NCBI GenBank assembly: GCA_964016885.1
Contig: OZ024754.1
Span: 40,300,001-40,364,000, forward strand
Length of the DNA: 64,000 nucleotides
Reading direction: 5' to 3'
Source: Eledone cirrhosa
Taxonomy: Eukaryota
Shown here: in pieces, positions 52,476-64,000 of the stretch
Numbering within the stretch: position 1 is the stretch's first letter
How the letters are laid out: the number at the start of each line of letters is the position of its first letter
Translations under genes and position numbers: made by a program
The notes under the pieces: generated by a model
Told to the model about the DNA's origin: nothing
Seen by the model: the letters and a program-made list of their open reading frames with translations, nothing else
The model's database searches: none

Positions 52476-53142
52476 TGATGTAGGTGTATCAGGTGATTTA
52501 ATAATAACGTGACTTATACCAACATTGAACTATTAACAGTAATTCAATTATAATTTATTATTTCAGACATTTTACGGAGATGTCTGCTTTTTTTGTCAAA
52601 ATAAAAACCATCAAAATCCTTCTTGCCCTGGAGAATCCATTTAGACAAATAAATTATATAATTTCTCTAGCTTCCTACCCGAATATAAATTAAAGTATGT
52701 ATTTTTAAAAACTATAATACAAATATAATGGTTATGTCTGTTGGTAGTTGACGAAAGATAATATAAAACTGATATAAACCGATCAATTCTTTATATTTCT
52801 CGGCGTAGTTTATTTAATAGGAGTCTCATATATGATGAAATCACTGACAATCAACAGTTTATATTTACAGAATAAATTAACCTAAGCCCCATTGTTACGA
52901 CGTGTGTGTGTGTGCTCTAATAATCCTGGTAAAATGGAGACTCATTCGTGAGCTGAGAAGAAACGAATGTCATTCACATATTTATCAAGGTTAAATTAGT
53001 GGACATTAAAGATATAAACAATAAAAAAATGGTATATAATGTATTATCTGTTAAGTGGGTTAATATCCAGTAACCTAACTCTAGCAGCACTATAAATTAT
53101 CTCGACATTTCTCCCTCACTATCTCAGACACACACACATACA

Positions 53143-53249
53143 TACCTTTATCTATCTAGCTATATATATATATATATATACACACCCCCACACCTTTATC
53201 TATCTAGCTATATATATATATATATAAATACACACCTTTATCTATCTAG

Positions 53250-53290
<41 letters not shown>

Positions 53291-53325
53291 CACACCTTTA
53301 TCTATCTAGCTATATATATATATAT
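53143..53325. repeat. Compound repeat acctttatctatctagc(ta)n x4
   Basis: Fixed 17-mer separated by TA tracts of variable length. Confidence 0.85.
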
Positions 53326-53471
53326 GCATACATACACACACAACAGACTATACCTATTAACTATTATCATTATGGGAAAAACTGCCAATATTCATTTTTA
53401 AATGTGACCAAGCATAGAGCGAGAAAACTAGGCATTTGCATAATAATTAACACAAATATATATGAATATTA

Positions 53472-53533
<62 letters not shown>

Positions 53534-53582
53534 ATTTTCTTTTTAAAAAAGTTTTAATGCGAGTTAATGAAAAGGGTTAGCA

Positions 53583-53736
53583 AGGAGAGAGAGAGAGAGA
53601 AGTAGATAGGGAGAGAGAGAGAAGTAGATAGGGGGGGAGAGAGAGAAGCAGAGAGAGAAAGAGAGCGAGAGAGAGAAGTAGATAGGGGGAGAGAGAAGCA
53701 GAAAGAGAAAGAGAGCGAGCGAGAGAGAGAGAGAGA
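53583..53736. repeat. GA-rich low-complexity repeat
   Basis: (ga)n with recurring gaagtagataggg. Confidence 0.85.
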
Positions 53737-54052
53737 TTTGAATAGCTTAGAGAAGGTTTCCAATGAAATAAAAATAACACAAAATGTTTGACAATGGACT
53801 CTTGGTTGATATTGAGAAAGAGTGAGGAATTATAATTGAGAAATATTAAATGAGATATGATAGACAAGAGATTAATAAGACTGAAGGAAAATATCGATTT
53901 CTTATAAATGCACAAAACTTTATCAAAATACAATATTAATAATAAGGGAGAAGGATTGCATGATAACTTTTTCTTTCATTTTTCAAAAATTATTCTTTTC
54001 TTTTTTTGTTTGTTCAAGGACATATTTATTTATATATATATAGTTGCCAAAA

Positions 54053-54097
<45 letters not shown>

Positions 54098-54227
54098 TGT
54101 CTACTTTATGTATATGTAAACCTCCCTCTCTCTCTATATATATACATACATATGCCTATATCTATATATATATACAGGCATATACATATATACACACATG
54201 CATATATACATATATACACACACACAC

Positions 54228-54332
<105 letters not shown>

Positions 54333-55603
54333 CATACATATGCATATATACATATATATATACATATGCATATATACATATATATATATATATATACATA
54401 TATATAAATATGCATATATACATACATACATAAAGACATGCATATACATATATATATATGCATATATATATATATATATGCATATATATATATGCATATA
54501 TATATACATATATATATACATATATATATACATATATATATACATATATATATACATATATATATACATATATATATACATGTATATACATATGCATATA
54601 CATACATATACATACATATATATGTACATATACATACATATATAGATATGCATATATACATACATATATAGATATGCATATACATATATATATACATATG
54701 CATACATATGCATATACATATACATATGCATATACATACATATGCATATACATACATATGCATATACATACATATGCATATATATATACATATGCATATA
54801 CATACATTATATATATATACATATACATACATTATATATATATACATATAAATACACATATGCATATATATACATATGCATATATATACATATGCATATA
54901 TACATATACATATATATATACACATATGTATATATACACATATGCATATATATACATATGCATATATATACATATGCATATATATACATATGCATATATA
55001 TACATATGCATATACATACATATGCATATACATACATATACATATACATATACATATATATGCATATACATACATATACATACATATACATATATATGCA
55101 TATACATACATATACATACATATACATATATATATGCATATATATATATACATATACATACATATATATATGCATATATATATATATATATACATATACA
55201 TACATATGCATATATATACATATACATATACATAAAGACATATACACATGCGCATATACTTATGCATATATATAAACATATATATATATATATATATAAA
55301 CATATATATATATACATATGCATACATATATACATATAAACATACATATGCATATTCATATATATATATATATATATGCTTATACATATATATGTATATA
55401 TATACATATGCATATAAATATGTATATATATATACATATGTATATATATATACACATGTATATATATATACATGTATATATATATACACATGTATATATA
55501 TATACATGTATATATATATACACATGTATATATATATATACATGTATACATATATACATATGTATATATGTATATATATATACATAAATATGTATATATA
55601 TAT

Positions 55604-56208
55604 CCAGTGCAAGGCGCATACAATAGTCCACTACGATGATAAAAAGGTAGGGAGCCAATGTATCTCCCTGGAGCACTCCAGCCAGTATCTCAAAGAACTC
55701 TGTCATCCCATCAAGTGTAATGACTTGGTCTTTGGTGTTGGTGTAGAGCAGTGATATCAGGTCCACTATCTTCTTGGGGATTCCATAAGCCTGTAAGATC
55801 ATCAGGCAGTAACGGTCCACAGAATCAAAGGCCTTCCTAAAGTCAATGAAAACCATGACCGCAGGAAGGCACATTGCTCTAGCTCCCTCTAATATCCTCC
55901 TCGGCATCAGGATGTGACTGGTGGTTGAACTACACTCTCTGAAGCCATTCTGGTTGTCCCTGAGCTTCTTCTCCATCTCAGGCTAGATCCTGTTAAGAAT
56001 CATCCTGTTGAGGGTCTTTGCCACAAGTGATGTCAGTGAGATCCCCCTGTAGTTGTTGGTGTTAGAGAGATCTCCCTTCTTTGGCACTGGGACGATGTTA
56101 CTGATCCTCCACTGATTCGGGGCAACTCCTTTCTCCAGTGCCCGGTTACAGAACCCCAGGATGATATCATAAAAATCACACCTCTTCATCACCTCTGATG
56201 CCACTCCA
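55604..56208 (-). mobile_element. RTE-like LINE reverse transcriptase, N-terminal part (inverted segment, one stop)
   Basis: IVPVPKKGDLSNTNNYRGISLTSLVAKTLNRMILNRI*...NQNGFR...FIDFRKAFDSVDR...[18 protein letters not shown]. Confidence 0.9.
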
Positions 56209-56958
56209 CTTTTTGGTGACAAATACAGTGAAGGAGGCAGAGGATTTGATGCGGGAGGTTGAGACTGTGTCGAGTGTGGGGCTGAGAATGAATGAGACTA
56301 AAACAAAATATCTGGTAGAGAATGTTGAGAAGCCAGAGGGGATCACTAATGTAGGCGGGAAGCCGCTAGAATTGGTTGAGGGCTTCCTGTATTTGGGAGC
56401 AAAGATTGGGAACACGGAAGATGATGTGGTTGAGAGGAAGAGCAAAGACTGGGCGGCGTGCCACAGCTTGAGATCGGTGTGGAAGTCGGACCTTCGTAAA
56501 GACCTGAAAATCCGCCTATTCATTGCTGTAGTGCAGTCTGTGCTGCTGTATGGGTCTGAGACTTGGACATTGACCAAGAAACTCACTCAGATGGTGGATG
56601 GGTGCTACACGAGAATGCTGAGGATGGCTCTGAACATTAATCAGTATACACTGAGGATGAAAAACTCAGAGCTGTATGGGAGCATCCCAAAAGTCAGCTC
56701 AAGAGTGACACAGAGGAGACTGAGGTTAGCTGGACATGCTAACCGACATCCAGAGTTGACATTGCACTCAGTGCTCCTTTGGGAGCCCCTACATGGACTC
56801 GCTAGAAGGGGAAGACCAAGGTTAACGTATGTTGATGCACTCAGGACAGACACTGGTCTGTTGGAGATGCAGGACATGGAAGCGATAATGAGGGACAGAG
56901 ACGGCTGGAGAGAACTCGTCCATGGATCTCGGGAATTTTACCCGCCTTAGAATAGAAT
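56209..56958 (+). mobile_element. RTE-like LINE, post-YADD RT to 3' end
   Basis: GLRMNETKTKYL...FLYLG...[12 protein letters not shown]...RRLRLAGHANR...RGRPRLTY...* (stop 56950), with tagaatagaa tail. Confidence 0.9.
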
Positions 56959-58634
56959 ACATATATACATATACATATATACATATATATACATACACAT
57001 ATATATATACATACACATATATACATATATACATAGATACATACACATATATACATATATACATAGATACATACACATATATACATATATACATAGATAC
57101 ATACACATATATACATAGATACATACACATATATACATATATACATAGATACATACACATATATACATATATACATAGATACATACACATATATACATAG
57201 ATACATACACATATATACATATATACATAGATACATACACATATATACATATATACATAGATACATACACATATATATATATATACATAGATACATACAC
57301 ATATACATATATACATAGATACATACACATATATATATATATACATAGATACATACACATATATATATATATACATAGATACATACACATATATATATAT
57401 ATACATAGATACATACATATATATATATATACATAGATACATACACATATATATATATATACATAGATACATACACATATATATATATATACATAGATAC
57501 ATACACATATATATATATATACATAGATACATACACATATATATATATATACATAGATACATACACATATATATACATAGATACATACACATATATATAC
57601 ATAGATACATACACACATATATATATATATATATATATACATAGATACATACACATATATATATATATACATAGATACATACACATATATATATACATAG
57701 ATACATACATATATACATATATACATACACATATATATATATACATATATACATACACATATATGTATATACATATATACATACACATATATATACATAT
57801 ATACATACACATATATATATATATATATATATACATACACATATATATATATATACATATATACATACACATATATATATATATACATACACATATATAT
57901 ACATATATACATACACATATATATATATATACATACACATATATATATATATATACATACACATATATATATATATATATACATACACATATATATATAT
58001 ATATACATACACATATATATATATATATATACATACACATATATATATACATATATACATACACATATATATATATATACATATATACATACACATATAT
58101 ATATACATATATACATACACATATATATATACATATATACATATACATATATATATACATATATACATACACATATATATATACATATATACATACACAT
58201 ATATATATACATATATACATACACATATATATATACATATATACATACACATATACATACACATATATATATACATATATACATACACATATACATATAT
58301 ATATACATATATACATACACATATATATATACATATATACATACACATATATATATACATATATACATACACATATATATATACATATATACATACACAT
58401 ATATATATACATATATACATACACATATATATATACATATATACATACACATATATATACATATATACATACACATATATATATACATATATACATACAC
58501 ATATATATATACATATATACATACACATATATATACACATATATACATACACATATATATATATACATATATACATACACATATATATACACACATATAC
58601 ACATATATATATATATACATATATATATATACAC

Positions 58635-58669
<35 letters not shown>

Positions 58670-58686
58670 CACATATATATATATAC

Positions 58687-58717
<31 letters not shown>

Positions 58718-59731
58718 CACATATATATATATACACATATATACATACACATATATATATACATACACATATATATATACATATATACACACACATATAT
58801 ATATACATACACATATATATATACATATATACACACACATATATATATACATATATACACATATATATATATATACATATATACACATATATATATATAT
58901 ACATATATACACATATATATATACATACACATATATACATACACATATATATATATATATACAGACATATATATACACATATATATACATATATACACAT
59001 ATATATACACATATACACATATATATACACATATATATACATATATACACATATATATACACATATACACATATATATACACATATATATACATATATAC
59101 ACATATATATACATATATACACATATATACATATATATATATACATATACATACATATATACATATATACATATATATATATACATATATATTACATATA
59201 TACATATATATATATACATATACATACATATACATATATATATATACATATACATACATACATATATACATACATATACATACATACATATATACATATA
59301 TACATATATATATATACATACATACATATATACATATATATATATACATATACATACATACATATACATAGATACATATATACATATACATATATACATA
59401 TACATATATACATATACATACATATATATATATATATATATACATATACATACATACATATATACATATATACATATATACATATATACATATACATACA
59501 TATACATATATATATATACATATACATACATACATATACATACATACATATATATATATATACATATATATACATATATATATACATATATGCATACACA
59601 TATATATATATACATAGATGCATACACATATATATATATACATAGATGCATACACATATATATATACATATATACATACACATATATACATACACATATA
59701 TATATACATATATACATACACATATATATAT

Positions 59732-60401
59732 ACAAAATATCTGGTAGAGAATGTTGAGAAGCCAGAGGGGATCACTAATGTAGGCGGAAAGCCGCTGGAA
59801 TTGGTTGAGGACTTCCTGTATTTGGGAGCAAAGATTGGGAACACGGAAGATGATGTGGTTGAGAGGAAGAGCAAGGACTGGGCGGCGTGCCACAGCTTGA
59901 GATCGGTGTGGAAGTCGGACCTTCGTAAAGACCTGAAAATCCGCCTCTTCGCTGATGTAGTGGAGTCTGTGCTGCTGTATGGGTCTGAGACTTGGACACG
60001 GTCCAAGAGACTCACTCAGATGGTGGATGGGTGCTACACGAGAATGCTGAGGATGGCTCTGAACATTAATCAGTATACACTGAGGATGAAAAACTCAGAG
60101 CTGTATGGGAGCATCCCAAAAGTCAGCTCAAGAGTGACACAGAGGAGACTGAGGTTGGCTGGACATGCTCACCGACATCCAGAGTTGACATTGCACTCAG
60201 TGCTCCTTTGGGAGCCCCCTACATGGACACACTAGAAGGGGAAAACCAAGGTTAACATATGTTGATGCCCTAAGGACAGACACTGGTCTGTTGGAGATGC
60301 AGGATATGGCAGCGATAATGAGGGACAGAGACCGCTGGAGAGAACTCGTCCATGGATCTCGGGAATTTTACCCGCCTTAGATAGATAGATAGATAGATAG
60401 A
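59732..60401 (+). mobile_element. Second, 5'-truncated copy of the same RTE-like LINE
   Basis: Starts at [10 protein letters not shown] and is colinear with 56302-56950, with scattered substitutions and a frameshift near 60228; (taga)n tail. Confidence 0.9.
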
Positions 60402-60713
60402 TATATACATACACATATATATATACATATATGCATACACATACATACACATATATACATATATACATACACATATATACATATATACATACATATATAC
60501 ATACATATGTACATACATACATACATACATACATATATACATACATATATACATACGTACATACATATATATACATATATACATTCATACAGTATATATA
60601 CATATATACATTCATACATACATACATATATATATATACATACATATATATACATATATACATTCATACATATATATATACATACATACATACATATATA
60701 CATACATACATAC

Positions 60714-60750
<37 letters not shown>

Positions 60751-61241
60751 CATATATATATTATACATACATACATATATATATATATATACATACTATA
60801 CATACACGTATATATATATTTACATGCATACATACATATATATATATACATGCATACATACATATATATACGTATATATATATGTACATATATACATACA
60901 TATACATACGTATATATATATGTACATATATACATACATATACATACGTATATATATATGTACATTATACATACATATACATACGTATATATATATGTAC
61001 ATATATACATACATATACATACGTATATATATATGTACATATATACATACATATACATACGTATATATATAGTATATATATACATACATATACATACGTA
61101 TATATATATATAATATATATACATATATACATACATACGTATATATATACATATATATACGTATATATATATACCTATATACATACATATATATACGTAT
61201 ATATATATACATATATACATATATATACGTATATATATACC

Positions 61242-61273
<32 letters not shown>

Positions 61274-61365
61274 CATACATATATATACATATATTATACA
61301 TATATATACATATATATATACATATATATACATATATATATACATGTATATACACATATATATAC

Positions 61366-61412
<47 letters not shown>

Positions 61413-61422
61413 CATATACATA

Positions 61423-61454
<32 letters not shown>

Positions 61455-61467
61455 CATATACATATAA

Positions 61468-61499
<32 letters not shown>

Positions 61500-61580
61500 C
61501 ATATACATATACATATATATATATATACATATACATATACATATATATATATACATATACATATACATATATACATATAC

Positions 61581-61627
<47 letters not shown>

Positions 61628-61637
61628 CATATACATA

Positions 61638-61669
<32 letters not shown>

Positions 61670-61670
61670 C

Positions 61671-61735
<65 letters not shown>

Positions 61736-61766
61736 CATATATATATATACATATACATATATATAC

Positions 61767-61799
<33 letters not shown>

Positions 61800-61851
61800 C
61801 ATATATATATATACATATACATATATATACATATATATATATACATATACT

Positions 61852-61882
<31 letters not shown>

Positions 61883-61914
61883 CTATATATATACATATAT
61901 ATATATAACATAAC

Positions 61915-62115
<201 letters not shown>

Positions 62116-62135
62116 CATATATATATATACATACA

Positions 62136-62169
<34 letters not shown>

Positions 62170-62186
62170 CATATATATATACATAC

Positions 62187-62255
<69 letters not shown>

Positions 62256-63202
62256 CATATATATATATACATACATATATATACATATATATACATACAT
62301 ATATATATATATACATATATATACATATATATATACATATATACATACATATATATATATACATATACATACATATATATATATACATTATACATACATA
62401 TATATATATACATATATATACATATATATATACATATATACATACATATATATATATACATATATACATACATATATATATATACATATATACATACATA
62501 TATATATATACATATAACATACATATATATACATACATATATATACGTATATATATACATATATACATACATATATATACGTATATAATATATATACATA
62601 TATATACGTATATATATATACATATATACATACATATATATACGTATATATATATATACATATACATACGTATATATATACATATACATACGTATATATA
62701 TACATATATACATACATATATATACGTATATATATATATACATATACATACGTATATATATACATATATACATACTATATATACGTATATATATATATAC
62801 ATTATACATACGTATATATATACATATATACATACATATACATACATATATATACGTATATATATATACATATACATACATATATATATATATACATATA
62901 TACATACATATATATACGTATATATATATACATATATATACGTATATATATACATATATACATACATATATATACATATATACATACATATATATACGTA
63001 TATATATATATACATATATATACGTATATATATATATATATATATACATACATATATATATATACATATATATACGTATATATATATACATATATACATA
63101 CATATATATACATATATATACGTATATATATATATATACATATATACATACATATATATATATATATACATACATATATATACATATATACATACATATA
63201 TA

Positions 63203-64000
63203 TAACTTTGAATAACTTTGAAATGTTTTGAGCCAGTATTGGCCCAGGCCATGTCTAACTTAATAGCACCACCTGGCGAAGTCTTTCAATTCAGGATTTG
63301 GGCACCATGGCCCATTCGAGAAGAGAATTACTGTTTGCGGAGACATATCCGGGTGTGGGTGGTTTGTCCGGGATTACTTGGAGGAATTTGTCCAAAGACT
63401 TCTTGAATTTTGTGTGGTCAGTTTCTGTTTTGACGTGTCCTGGTGTGATGTTGAAGAGAGCAGGGCCGATTGAGGTGAAATAATTGTGCCGTATTGTTGT
63501 ATGAGTTGCGATTTAGATTTTGAATGGGACGGATAGCACGGGGCCCAAGCCTTGGGTGTATCTTGAAGGCGATGCCAACATCATTTGGGCAGTGATGATG
63601 GAACATTTTCCACATCATGCAGATAATATAACGCTCACGGCGACGTTGGAGTGAGTAAAGTTTCAGGTTTTCCAATCGACCCCAGTAGTCAAGGTCTGAC
63701 ATGCCATCTATCTTTTTCGTGATTGCCCTTTGGGGAGCTTCAAGTTTCATGATACTTTGTTTCGTGTGGGGAGACCACAGTGGACAACAGTATTCAAGGT
63801 GTGGTCGGGCGAAAGTAGAGAAGAGAAGGATAATGGTGCGGGAATCTCTCGACTGGAAGGTTCTGAGGATCCAGGAACACATTCTGCGGGCCATGTCAAC
63901 TTTGCTGCTTATATGCGTGGTCCAGCTTATGTTGCTGTCCACGGTTACTCCCAAGTCTCTGATGTTGTTAGATGCCACGAGAGTTTCCCCGGAGGGAAGG
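63203..64000 (-). mobile_element. CR1-clade LINE 3' part (frameshifted ORF2 C-terminus, 3' UTR, short tandem tail)
   Basis: RDLGVTVDSNISWTTHI...RPHLEYCCPLWSPH...LYSLQRRRER; after a frameshift, HNYFTSIGPALFN...FKKSLDKFLQVIPDKP...* at 63291; tail (ttcaaagtta)x2. Confidence 0.9.

Noticed and set aside
52700-53100. Possible spectrin promoter or first exon
   Set aside because: Only slight CpG enrichment; no convincing core promoter or donor could be assigned from sequence alone.
56198-56950. Functional stand-alone reverse transcriptase gene
   Set aside because: It lacks the catalytic YADD region, and the upstream domains are inverted and contain a stop: a dead LINE copy.
59700-60430. Target-site duplication around the second RTE copy
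   Set aside because: Matching atatatacatacacatatatatatac flanks exist, but the motif is ubiquitous in the microsatellite, so the match is uninformative.

Overview
Eukaryotic, AT-rich, microsatellite- and SINE-rich animal DNA. The repeat content looks like a coleoid cephalopod (Octopus-like); this is inference. The only protein-coding gene is the 5' half of a beta-spectrin on the minus strand: 20 GT-AG coding exons from the ATG at 39904 down to 580. They splice in frame to 1141 codons (two CH domains plus about 8 spectrin repeats) and the gene continues beyond the left edge. Introns and upstream DNA hold many minisatellites (including a ~4.9 kb array of 55-bp units), TTAA-flanked piggyBac-like MITEs, a pogo/Tigger-like MITE, non-autonomous Helitrons, SINEs, and CR1 and RTE LINE fragments. 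A ~9 kb TA/CA microsatellite field carries or abuts three LINE insertions. I find no new multi-gene system. The best leads are two RTE insertions with twin-priming (5'-inversion) geometry, a pre-miRNA-like or ADAR-substrate-like 79-nt intronic hairpin, apparent microsatellite targeting by an RTE family, and minisatellites born from SINE bodies.
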